This document shows positions 1 to 11,984 of a stretch of DNA of 64,000 nt, in pieces. The DNA comes from Lytechinus pictus (Eukaryota). Numbering within the stretch: position 1 is the first letter of the stretch; each line of letters begins with the position of its first letter. The notes below the pieces were generated by a model that was not told where the DNA came from, searched no databases, and saw only the letters and a list, made by a program, of their open reading frames with translations. Position numbers and translations under genes: made by a program. The stretch lies in contig NC_087248.1 in assembly GCF_037042905.1 (NCBI RefSeq), positions 25,048,001-25,112,000 on the forward strand, read 5' to 3'.

Positions 1-108
1 TTGACAAGTACGTATATAATAGAAACAAACGATGATAGAACAAATAACGACAGACGCGTCCGTCTAGTAATGTCACATAATGTATAAAATATTACGTTCA
101 AATAATCT

Positions 109-128
109 TTAGCATCATCTGCAAAGGT
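109..128 (+). pseudogene. Remnant 3' end of a deleted B-type repeat exon (LASSAK|GT)
   Basis: TTAGCATCATCTGCAAAG|gtat matches the end of exon B (TTAGCATCGTCTGCAAAG|gtat); it is fused directly to intron sequence homologous to ~5348-5447. Confidence 0.75.
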
Positions 129-214
129 ATATTTTACCTCTTCAAACCTATTTTTACCTTCTAATTATTGAAGGGATAAGCATATACTCATGATAGCGTA
201 TAATCATGATATAA

Positions 215-685
215 TCATGGTAAGTCTAAGCATACAGATGATTTCAATATATACTATAACAATCAATTAATTGAGAGACAGAATTCCGTGAAGTATTTAG
301 ATCTGATATTAAATAGTGATCTCTCATGTACATCTATGGTTGACTCTATTGTCAAAAAAGCTAATTCTCGCTTGAAATTTATATACCGGTACCAAAATTG
401 CATGAATACGAAATCCAGACGCATTTTAAGCTTTTCATTAATACAGTGTTTATTTGATTATGCTAATGCAGCATGGTACTGCAGTCTTGGAAAGGTTGAT
501 AAAAAAAGTTTATAATTATTTAAAATAAGATTGTTAGATTTATTACTTGCTTACACCCAAGAACACATGTTGGGAAGAATGAAATCGAAAAAGCTGGCCT
601 TCTTCGCATAGACTTGAGGTCGCAACAACTTATACTTCACCATGTTCATAAAATTTTCTATTCAAACGAATATCATTACATATAA
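215..685 (+). mobile_element. Decayed LINE fragment (CR1-group, C-terminal part of RT ORF)
   Basis: VKYLDLILNSDLS...IVKKANSRLKFIYR...LIQCLFDYANAAWY then NKIVRFI after a frameshift; absent from the paralogous intron at ~8170-8370. Confidence 0.75.
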
Positions 686-1325
686 AAAAAACATTGGTCC
701 AGTCATTTATTATGTAAACAAACAGCCGAAATGTTTGATTAGTGCTATCGATGTAAAAAAAACACAATAATTAAAAACGATTGGAAAAAAATTTGCTTTA
801 GCGCATTCTCTACATTACCCATATGAACCAAAATTTGTTTAGGGCAAAAAGCTCGTTTCATTTGTATTGTTCATGAGCATGGAAAATGAAAACAAGATTC
901 GCTTTTTCTCTCTGGTTCGTTTCTTTGCATTTGATTCATTGAAACTTTACATGTATATGCATTCGTATCTTATGAAATTATGATGTTGTCTAATCATCTT
1001 TAACATAATGATTTGTAATAAATGTACCTCACACAATGGCCCAAGAAGTGAAATTTGCGTCTACTGTTCAGTCAAAACTTTTATTTTTTTAAGTTTATAG
1101 CAATTTGCCACTATGCTTTATTTCTGTGTAATAAAAAATAATGTGATAAACACATCCAGAACTGAAGTTCATGAAGTTGATAGACCGTCCAACATTAACA
1201 ATAGTAGTATAGCAATCATTAATTTCAGTATGTTTTTAATGTGGTATTTTGATGGCGTACGAAATGAAGATTCTTAGGTTTATGATTTGATTGAAACAAG
1301 TATTGTGAGCACAGGACCCGTCGAG

Positions 1326-1615
1326 ATAATAATCATAATAATATGCATTTATATAGCGCCATCTATCTAGAAATAATCTAATCCGAGGCGCACTGTTTAT
1401 TATTATTATTATTATTACTCGACTTTAGCTAGAGCTACCTTTCAACGATCCGTGCGTTTGAGAAATTAATTCTGCCGTGTATCGATTCATGTTCCTCACT
1501 TGGGTTGGGTGCAGCTCAACGTGGATAAATTGCTTGCTGAAGGAAATAACGCCATGGCTGGGATTCGAACCCACGACCCTATGTTTCAAGGCTAATACAC
1601 TGGGTCACAACGCTC
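1326..1615 (-). mobile_element. tRNA-derived SINE
   Basis: Minus strand: GAGCGTTGTGACCCAGTG (A box)...GGTTCGAATCC (B box), CCTTCAGCAAG core, 3' GCGCTATATAAATGC plus (ATT)n tail. Confidence 0.8.
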
Positions 1616-2180
1616 TACATGTAAATTATTAGTACTTAAAATCCAACAATCGAATTCATTATAGTTTATTATGAAAATGTATTCAATAGTCAAGATATCA
1701 AATCATATTATGATTTCATTGGTGCCATTGTGTACAATGAACCACTTACAGTTCTTCCAATGCTTTGAAATTAAACAAATAAATCTATCAAAACCTAAGA
1801 ACCTTGCAAGAACATTTTTAATGTTAGTAACTCATAAAGCCCACGGTCCACCAAATAATTGCACTATAAAGGAGCATTAGTTTCATCTGACTAAAGGACT
1901 ATATTTCCCCTTAATTTTGTTTGTTTGTTTACGGTTAATAATCGTGCCGATACTTAAAAAAATACGGAGTGTGAAATGTTAGCAGATATGCAAAACACGA
2001 TTTCCTTTAAGATTTTCTATCATATAATATCATTTTTATTACCATGATTACAGCAATACTAGATTGGTGTGTTGTTTAGTGGATGATATTCGTGATAAAC
2101 TACATTTCTATATTCCCATTTCTGCATACGGATTAAAATACAATAACCTTGATTTCCTCTTTATGCTACTACTATATCAG

Positions 2181-2345
2181 ATTGAGATTCTTCATCACGA
2201 TGAGTATCTCATCAAACGTGCATCTGCATCACGTGATTTCGCTCAGTTCATCTGTAAGATGAATTATCTGAAGAACCTCACACTCGACGGTCAGTATCAT
2301 GATGACTTCTACTCAACATCATCGTCGATGGCATCAACTACAAAG
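2181..2345 (+). CDS. Repeat exon A1 (165 nt, 55 aa, phase 0-0), two LRR-like units: IEILHHDEYLIKRASASRDFAQFICKMNYLKNLTLDGQYHDDFYSTSSSMASTTK
   Basis: Acceptor ctactatatcag|ATT, donor AAG|gtaata; paralogous to the exons at 6471 and 9837, including splice context. Confidence 0.85.
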
Positions 2346-2534
2346 GTAATACATGTTAGGAGGTCTTTACATGTAAAAAGAGTAGAACTCACAAGCAAAC
2401 CATACAAGTTCTGATTTTTGTTCATGCTCCTCATTATGTAGCCATTAATTTGTATAATGGGGCTATGATGCCTCCTATAAAGCGAAATTGTTCATACCTT
2501 TACTGAATTATTATTCTGGTAAATTTTAATTGAT

Positions 2535-5500
2535 TCCTTCCCATATGTTTAGGGTAATCAAGAGGCACACCTGTTTGACGGTTAAATTAAACGAACCCTT
2601 AACACGTTGACATCCATAATGCATCCGTATAAGAATAATTTTACAAAAAAAAAATAGTAATAAATCTTTATGTATGCAGCACATATGCGATAAAACACGT
2701 TACATTCCGTCTCTGCATCATTAAATGCTATTTATATTTGTGTGTAGATATGTTTAGAAGTAATAGTTCCTTTAATTGTTTATTGCAGTGAACCTAAAAT
2801 GTAGAAACCGTCTTTCCCCTTGTTGAAAAGTATGCAGATATATATGCCCCTGTATATTGTATTAACATACGAAGACAATACAAATAATGACAGATGCGTC
2901 CAAATACTACACCAATACACTAAACTATGAACAAAGAGGTGTCATTCGAATAGTTTCATCAAATCTATTCTTTATCATTTTGTCTTTATCTTTTTTTGTT
3001 TAATTAAAAAACAAGCGATTTTAACGAAATTGAAATATAACTGAATATGAAATATTGCCAAACTGACCCATTATGGCAACCTGTGTATTCTGTTCCTTTA
3101 TTAACGTCGTACACTTTAATTTACACTAGACAGAATATAATTTGAATACATCAAGTAAACTCAGACAAAGAACACAATTTGTTCAAATAACCAGACCAGG
3201 AATAACGAAGTTTGCATTATGACATGTCTTCATGAATATGCAATGATCATGATGAGTATGCTCATTTTTATTGAATGAAATTATATTTATTCAAATATTG
3301 TCAGTCATATTCATTCAGTTTTGTCAATCATCAAATTTAAAAATTGAGCAATTGGTTGGTTCGAATGAATATATTTTGCCTGCCAGTTGTAATTAGACCC
3401 GTGCGACCATCCAGGCTTACAAGCTTACGAACTGTATGCAACAGTTTATGGATGAATGAATTTAATTTCGACGAAATATCGTGATGGATCAGAAACATCC
3501 TTAAAGAGAATGAAGCAAATATTCTCAAAGTCTTTTCACATTGTGAAAACCCATCTTGCTGGAGTCATGATAGTAAGCCTTAAACAAATAAAACCAAAAA
3601 CTGCAATATGTTTAATGCTTTTTCGACGACTTAAATGAAATCGAAATAACCAAACGCATTAAATTGACGATTGTACGGTGTGATTTCCATATATTTCTTA
3701 AGGGTAAATTTTATTTCCGCAAGTACTGTGTTCCGATTTATTTTAAACACACTACATTTCCTTTAGATATCAGCAAAGAAAGGTTTTTGGTATACATGTA
3801 TCTATTTCATTTCTTCCCAAATGCTTAGGGTAAAAAATCAAGTGGCACACTTCTTTGATGAGGAAAATGAAACCAATCTTTAACATGTTGTAATCCAGAA
3901 TGTATCCATAGAAAAATAATCAAGAAAATAAAAATTAATACTAAACCTTCGTTTATGGAGCACATATGCGATAAAACACGTTACATTTCGTCCCTGGATC
4001 ATTAAAGACCATTTCTATTTTTGGGTAGATATGTTACATGTAATGGTTTCTTTAATTGTTTATTAAAACGAACATAAATTGTAGAAACCGTTGTTTCCTT
4101 TTCCTTTGGTGAAAAGTGTGCAGATTATGTGCCTCTTTAATATTGTTTTAACAAACAAGGACAATACAAATAATTACAAACGTGTCCCTCTAGTAATGTG
4201 CATAATGCTTTAATACTACATTGAAATAATTAACTATGAACATAGAAGTGCCATTCGAATTGTTTCATCAAATCTATTCGGAGTCTGTCCCTTTTTTATT
4301 TAAAAAACAATTTGAACATGTTTGTACCTTCAAATGAAAAATCAAAATTTAAATGACACATAAACAAAATGACCGATTTGGGAAACCTGTTTAATCTGAC
4401 CCTTCATTATCGTCGTACTTTGCGCTGAATGCAATATATAGATAAAGCAAACTTTGACAAAGAACGCAATTTGATTATATAACCAGACCGGGAATAACGA
4501 AGATTGCAATATATTTGATGAAACAGTTTGAGGCATGTCTTCAATGAATATGCAAACAAACATGATAAAAACGCTCATTTCAAATCCCCACTTATCTTTT
4601 TTTTTTTTGAAACTACATTTATCAAATACTTTCAACCGCGAATGAACACAATTTAATTTGTGTACACTATTGCAACTGATTTTGTTGCAAGGGAGACATA
4701 CAGCATCCACGTGCTTTTGTTTGTTCTTGTTTTTAATCTTTGCCACAACTTTCTTCATCTTTCTGGCCCAATCCTCTCTCTGTATTTTCTATATCTTCTT
4801 TTAATTAGCCTTAGTTTCCCTTTACTCACCTTTTCTCTGTCTGTCTCCCTTTGCCGTCTCTATCCTTTCCCACCTGGCTTTCGACTAATACGAATACCGG
4901 TGTTGTTTCACACTTCTCTGGTGTGGACATAATATAGATTCCGGGCTGGTGTTAATCAACACCGGAGTTGTAAAAATCAAGCATGTTTTTATCCAACCTT
5001 TTCTTCACCTTGTGTCAATCATATTTTACGCTTTTGGTCTCATATGGAAGAGGAAAAGATGGATAATCGGTGTATAAAATTTGTTTTCCAAATAGATAGC
5101 AGTAAGAGCCAGAAAGCTCACTAAAAATTGCAATTTGCTCGTGCAAATTAAAGATTGGTAGCACCATTTCCATTGTTTTAGCTTAATTACGGTATCCCTC
5201 TTTTCTTGGACGCACTGTACTTCACCGTCCTTTCTGAATAATTAAAGACCATTAACATATTTATTTTAGATTTGTCGTAGGTCAGTAGGTAGTGGTTTAT
5301 CTTATTGTTTATTGAAATGAATTATTATTTGTCACTCTTTCCCTTGTTGACAAGTACGTATACAATAGAAACAAACGATGTTAGAACAAATGACAGACGC
5401 GTCCGTCTGGTAATGTACATTATGTCTAAAATATTACGTTCAAATAATAAACTATGAACCTGAAGGTGACATTGGAATATTATTTTTTGATCAAATATAT

Positions 5501-5900
5501 TCGGAGGCTGTTTCTTCTAATTTAAAACAAGCGATTTGAATATCCTTGTACCTTCAACTTTAATCGGCATTTAAATGAATATGACGTATTACCTAACTGG
5601 CTCACAATAAGGGTAACCTGTATGTTCTATTCCTTTATTAAGGCCGTGGTTCACGCTGAACGCAATATAATTTGAATTGATCAAGCAAACTCAGACAAAT
5701 AACATATTGTTAATTTGATTGAAATTACATGGAATAACAAAGATTGCATTACGTTTGGTGACAGAAACAGCTCAATACATGTCTTCATTAATATGCAATG
5801 ACCATGATGAGGACGCTTATGAAGTTATTTCACTTATTATGTTTTTTTATTGTATTAAATTATATTGATTCAAGTATTGTCAACCGTTGATGAACAAAAT
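2535..5900 (+). repeat. Three diverged copies of a ~0.7-0.8 kb intronic unit (~2535-3310, ~3815-4640, partial ~5235-5900)
   Basis: Shared blocks such as agcacatatgcgataaaacacgttacatt, aactatgaac, cagacaaagaac, ggaataacgaag. Confidence 0.7.
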
Positions 5901-6470
5901 ACTTTTTACAACACTGGTGTAATGTGTAAGATAAACCTTTTTTTTGCAACCAATTTCAATTACCCTAACGATTGCCAGCTGATATAGAACTATGCATAGA
6001 GATATATATAAAAAAATATAAATTTATAAAAACGCATGATATGGGCCGAAAATCCATTATTCTTGCGAGATGAATATGACCTTAGATGACTTTTTCATAG
6101 TCTTTTTTTTTACAGATTTCGAATATTTTTTATAAAGAATGCAAAACACCCGAATCACCATGCGGATTTAATAAATGACGCATCTACATGTAGCCACCGA
6201 CCATATTTTTCATTAAGAAAATAGGGCAAATTATTAGCCTTTGATTAGATAAACAATAACATGATTAAGAATAATTTTCTTTTCATTCTTAGTTGTTAGA
6301 GAAAATTACTGTGATTTTCATAACATTATGTGATCGAAGAGGATTAATTTCCAATGATTCGATGATCAAGGTTTGCTCATTTAACCGAATGTAGAATAGA
6401 GTTAATTTGCTCAATCAGACCCTTGTTTGATGTATTGTTTTATTTAAACATTATGTCACTACTATTCCAG

Positions 6471-6653
6471 ATTGAGCGTCTTGATATCAATTACATTGAT
6501 CTCGGTCCACGTCAGTCCGCATCACGTGATCTCGCTCAGTTCATTTGTAAGCTGACTCATCTCAGGGAACTTTACCTCGGTAATCAACTCTCCAGTCCCT
6601 CATTTCATGACGAGTTCTATTCAACGGTATCATCCTTAGCATCGTCTGCAAAG
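6471..6653 (+). CDS. Repeat exon B (183 nt, 61 aa, phase 0-0): IERLDINYIDLGPRQSASRDLAQFICKLTHLRELYLGNQLSSPSFHDEFYSTVSSLASSAK
   Basis: Acceptor ctactattccag|ATT, donor AAG|gtatct; shares SASRDLAQFICK and HDxFYST motifs with the A exons. Confidence 0.85.
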
Positions 6654-8054
6654 GTATCTTTTTAGTTTCTTATTTTCGTTTTCTTTACGTTTCAAAGCAT
6701 TTTCTTCCAAATAGTGCAATATGAAGTGATGAGGATATTCACTTTCTAAAAATGAAATTTGTCTAATGTTGTATACCAGAGGAATGATGTATTATTATAT
6801 AACGAACATGGTGCATAGGCATGAAGAGTTTGGCCCAATTTGTATTACTCTATAACATTCTTAATTATTATCATAATTATATTCATTTTTAAAGCTATAT
6901 TTTAATCCGTTATTTATTCCAGGGAACCGAGATGAACAAACTTTGCTTCAAAGCGGAATACCTTTTTGTTATGTATTTGTATTTCGCTTAAGTTTGTATT
7001 GTAATTTGTGTTAGAATTGAAATAGAAGCAGAATAAATTCAGTCAATTATTCAATCAATCGTGATAATCTTGATTTCACCTTGATCTTAGTCATCACAGA
7101 CTCCAGCCCGCAACAAAAAGGGTTTTTCTTCCCCATCCCGTGCAGCATTCAATGTCAGCCTACTGTCTGCTGTTTTGTTGGGGGAAAGAAATGCATGTAA
7201 TAAGTAGAAATCAAGCATGTTTTCATCCAACTTTTTTTTCTGAACCTTGCGTCGATCTTATTTTACGCGTTTGGTATAATAATTGGAGTATGACATTTGT
7301 TTTAGAAATAGATAGCAGTAAAAGCCAGAAAAACTCACTCAAAATCGCTCGTGCAAATTAAAGATCGGTAGCACCATTTTCCATTGTTTTAACTCAGTCA
7401 TGCGTGTGTTATATAAATATTGAGGTGAATATCAAATGAAGTAAATCATATCATTCCATTTATGTCCATTTCATGAAGCAAATTAATGATTCTAATGGCG
7501 CAAATTACACTTAATTCCGGTGTCCCTCTTTACTGGAACGCACTGTACTGAACATTTTCCTTCCTGAATAATTAAGGACCATTGAGATAAATTATTTATT
7601 TTAGATATGTTTCCAGCTGATATAGAAATATAAATATAAATATAAACAAAAACATCAACCATTTTTAAGAAGGCGTTACATAGGACGAAAATATATTTTT
7701 TTAGATGAATGTGACCTTAGATGTCTTTTTCAATGTCTTTCAGATTTTGAATAAATTATTGTGTATAAAGTATACATAACACCCGAGTCACCATGCGTAT
7801 TTAATGAATGATGCATCTACATGTAACTCCGATCAGATTTGCTTTATTAAGAAAAAAGGGCAAATTAACATCCTTTGATTAGATAATAATTAGTATGATT
7901 AAGAAAAAAATCTTTTCATTCATAGTTATTGGAGAAAATTTCTGTAATTTTCATAACATTATGTGATCGACGAAGAGTAATTTCCAATAGGTCGATGATC
8001 CAAGTTTGTTCATTCAACTGAATATACATGTAGATTAGAGTTCAACGGTTTATT

Positions 8055-8110
8055 CAGGCCCTTGTTTGATGACGTATTTTGGTTTCTTCATCAAAGGTAT
8101 ACTTTTACCT
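8055..8110 (+). pseudogene. Second deleted B-type exon; only upstream intron and donor (CAAAG|gtatac) remain
   Basis: 7610-8070 matches the intron upstream of exon B (to cccttgtttgat), then jumps to aaag|gtatacttttacct, whose downstream sequence matches 122-185. Confidence 0.65.
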
Positions 8111-8980
8111 TTTCATTTCTTTAAATTGTTATTTTTTCTTTCTAATTATTGCAACATCAAGGGATAAGCATATTATAATGATAATCTTGGTTTCGTTTTA
8201 ATCATGATGAATTTGATTTAATATTACCTTAATTTTGTGTGTGTGTGTGTTTTGAAAAATATATTTAGTTTACAAATTAAAAGGTGTTTTGATAAAGGCA
8301 ATTTTCTTTTAAAACTTATTATACATGTAGAGCCATCAAGATGGATACACTACACTATTTGAAATGACAAACATTAGTCCAGTCAATTATTATGTGAAAA
8401 CAAAAACAAAACAAAACACAAATGTTTGATAAATGCTTTCGATGTAAAAGCCCTGATAATAATTAAAAACGATCGATGGAAAAGTACTTTGTTTTAGCGC
8501 ATTATCTACATTATGCATCTGAACTCTCATTTCATTTACATGAAAAAAATCGTATTTTGTCTCAGGTTCATTTCTTTGCATTTAATAGTTTCATTGAAAC
8601 GTCACATATACATGTATATGCATTCGTTTCTTATAAAGTTATGATGTTGTCTAGTCTTCTGCATAATGATTCGTAATGAATGTAATTTAGACAATGACCC
8701 AAGAAGCGAAATTTGCGTCTACTGTTCAGTCAAAACTTTTATTTGTTATACTTCATATCAATTCGCCAGTATGGTTTATTTCTGTATCATAAAACATAAT
8801 GTGATAAACACATCCAGAACTGAAGTTGCTTAATAAACTCGTCCAACATTAACAATAGTCTATAGTATAGCCATCATTAATTTCAGTATGTTTTTGTGGT
8901 ACTTAGATGGCGTATGAAATGAAAATTCTTCGGTTTATAATTTGAATGAAAAAAGCATCGTGAGCACAGAACCGTCTACA

Positions 8981-9263
8981 TAATAATTATAATAATTGGC
9001 ATTTATATAGCGCCATCTATCAAGACATAATCTAATCCGAGGCGCACTGTTAATTGTTATTATTATTATTACATCGGCTTTAGCTAGAGCTGCCTTTCAG
9101 CGCTCAGTGCGTTTAAGAAAATTAATTCTGCCGTGTATCCATTCATGTTCCTCACTTGGGTTGGGTGCAGCTCAACGTGGATAAATTGCTTGCTGAAATT
9201 GCATGGCTGGGATTCGTACCCAGACCTTTTGTTTCAAGACTAATATATTGGGCCACAACGCTC
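8981..9263 (-). mobile_element. tRNA-derived SINE, same insertion as 1326-1615 copied with the exon unit
   Basis: Same sequence and same flanks as the 1326 copy. Confidence 0.8.
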
Positions 9264-9836
9264 TACATGTAAATTATTAGTACTTATAATCTAACGATAT
9301 TATTCATTGTTTCTTATTCGAATTCATTATAGCATATTATGAAAATTTATTAAATAATTAAGATATCAAATCATATGATTTAATTGGTGCCATTGTGTAT
9401 ACAATAAACCAGTAACAGTTCTTCCAATGCTTTGAAATTAATCTATCAAAACCTAAAAACCTTGCAAGAACACTTTGAATGTTAGTAACTCAAAAAGCTT
9501 GGCACCAAAATATTATGCTATAACCAAACATTTGTTTCATCTGACTAAAATGACTATATATTTCACCTTAAGTTTTTATTGTGTATTTTCAGTTAATAAT
9601 CGGGCCGATACTTTAAAAAATACGGAGTGTTGTATGTTAGCAGATATGCAAAACGCGATTCCGATTAAGATTTTCTATTATGATAACATTTTTATTACCA
9701 TTATTACAGCCATACTAGATTGGTGTGTTGTTTTGCAGATGATATTCATGATAAATTTGATTTTAATACTCCCATTTCTGTCAACGGATTAATGTACAGT
9801 AACCTTGATTACATCTTTATGTTACTATTATATCAG

Positions 9837-10001
9837 ATTGAGACTCTTGATCACAATGATCATCTCAGTGAACGTCCGTCTGCATCACGTGATCTCGCTC
9901 AGTTCATCTGTAAGATGAATCATCTGAAGAACCTCACACTCTACGGTCAGTATCATGATGTCTTCTACTCAACAGCATCGTCGATGGCATCAACTGCGAA
10001 G
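9837..10001 (+). CDS. Repeat exon A2 (165 nt, 55 aa, phase 0-0): IETLDHNDHLSERPSASRDLAQFICKMNHLKNLTLYGQYHDVFYSTASSMASTAK
   Basis: Acceptor ctattatatcag|ATT, donor AAG|gtaaca; 148/165 nt identical to exon A1 by hand count. Confidence 0.85.
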
Positions 10002-10124
10002 GTAACATATGTTGGGAGGTTTTACATGAAAAAAGTAGTACAAGGAAACCATACAATTTTTTTAGTGTGATAATCCTCATTCTATTGACAATGAAGTTGT
10101 CTAATGAGGCTATGATTAACTGTA

Positions 10125-10894
10125 GAGTGCGTCCCACAAAAAACGAAACCGAGATTTAGCGATGATTTATCATACCTTAATCATAAATACAATAGACAAA
10201 TGACCTATCAATGTAAAGCTTAGAATCTCCTCTTTCCTGTGATATTACTTAGATTATTCATTATTCATGCATGAGTGAGCAAACAAAATTGAAGAAAGGA
10301 TGCCAAAAACTCATTTGACGGGGGGTATCTGAATTTCCAAAAAAAGTCACATGCCTCACAAGTTCAATATCCGCTCTTTTATTTGATACCTTAATCACAA
10401 AAAAATGATCAAGAAGTAAGAAAGTTATGGTCCATCGAAACAATGCTTGTATTTCCATAGTTTCATTAAATAAACGTGTTTTCACCGGTTTCCAACAGAA
10501 GCTATCGCACGGTTTAACAAAACGGAGTGTCGAGTGAGTTTGAATGCTTGCCTGTAAATCCTCTTAATTTTATGAGATTATTGAAATTCAAGCCTTATTT
10601 CAAATGACCAGAACTTTGTTATTTCTTGACCATTTTCTAAAATTGAGGTATCAAATTAAAGAGCAGATATTGAACTTTTTAGAAATGTGGTTTTCCTTTT
10701 GTAACCCAGATAGAGCCCGCAAAATGACTTTTTGGTATCCCCTCTTCAAATTGTTTTTGCTCACTCATGCATGAATGATAAAAATCTAAGTAATTTCAGA
10801 TGAAAGAAGGGATTCTAAGCTTTACAATGGTAGGTCATTGTCTATTGTATTTGTCATCGATAAATCTCGGTTTCGGTTTTTGTGGGACGCACTG
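10125..10894. mobile_element. Tc1/mariner-type MITE with ~300-bp imperfect TIRs and TA target duplication
   Basis: TA|(G)AGTGCGTCCCA...TGGGACGCACTG|TA; empty site in the paralog at ~2476 (cctataaagcgaaattg); sister copy at 58129-58942. Confidence 0.85.
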
Positions 10895-11984
10895 TATAAA
10901 GCGAAATTGTTCATATCTATACCGAATTGTTATTATATCAATTGTCAATTAATAGTAGCCATAAACCAATTGTATAAATGTTTCGGAAATTGTTTCCATT
11001 TTCGTTAAAGAATCTAGGACAAATGAGTAGGGGATTTGTGCCCCCTTATTTTATTATTGAGCTCTACCAAATGATACATAATGAACTGATGATATAAGCA
11101 TAATGCAATGAGATATATGTGTTTTTTCCTATTAATTTTCGAATCGTATTGTGTTTTGATGAGAGCTTTTTAATGCAATGGAAAACTTGCAATTTTTGGA
11201 GGTTTGCATAGCAATTAATCAACCCTTTTTATCTAAAGCTAAATTTATTTTGAAAGCACATCGAGTGTTACAACTGATTAACCCATTAACCTATTTTGCA
11301 TTACTAGTATAATCATTATGTTTCACATGACGAATAGGCCTGTATGTTTTTATCCAAAGTTGTTATCTAAATTTACTTTAGGATAAACTTACACTTCGTG
11401 ATGCAGATTAAGGTTTAAAATGTATAGCAGATTAAAACAAACATTGTTTTGTGCGGGGTTTATAGCAAAATGAATTTTCCCAAAGTGTGGTGCGTGACAT
11501 TTTCGTTATGGTCCTACTCTATATAAATCAAATTCTCTTTTTCTTACCTCGGTATTGGGATCTGTGAAATAGATTTCTTTAACATTTAAATGGGTTTTTT
11601 TTTATTCTAATTTTGATTTCAGGTGTTATAATTAAACTACAATCTTGATACACTAGGGGGCATATCAGGCTCAAAAGAGATGAAGATTACTTTTACTTAA
11701 ATTCATTTATATGAGGAATTCGTCGGCATAGTAAAAAATGAACATCAGAGTACAGATGAAAATCACAGCATGATTGTTTTTTTATTACAAAGGCAAAAAA
11801 AATTATTCGCTGCTTTCAATCTATCGCTGTTTTTTTTTGGCCTCTCTTTCCACGCTCGGCCCCCTCAAAATATTTGGTTCATTCAACCACTGAATGTGAT
11901 TGCACTGATGAATGTACTAGGGTGTGGAGTAGAAATGTGTTATTTCTTCTAGCCATACTGAGCCCGCATACCATTTTACTGCAC

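Larger units (their letters stand above)
690..2515 (+). repeat. Duplicated intron+exon A unit, copy 1 (paralog of ~8370-10935)
   Basis: Collinear similarity from acattggtccagtca through a shared SINE, exon A and downstream taaagcgaaattgttcata. Confidence 0.85.
8370..10935 (+). repeat. Duplicated intron+exon A unit, copy 2 (carries an extra MITE)
   Basis: Collinear with 690-2515. Confidence 0.85.

Noticed and set aside
2064-2180. N-terminal parts of ORFs 2064..2414, 6423..6665 and 9720..10070 as coding sequence
   Set aside because: They are intronic read-through upstream of clear AG acceptors; similarity among all three exons starts exactly at ATTGAG.
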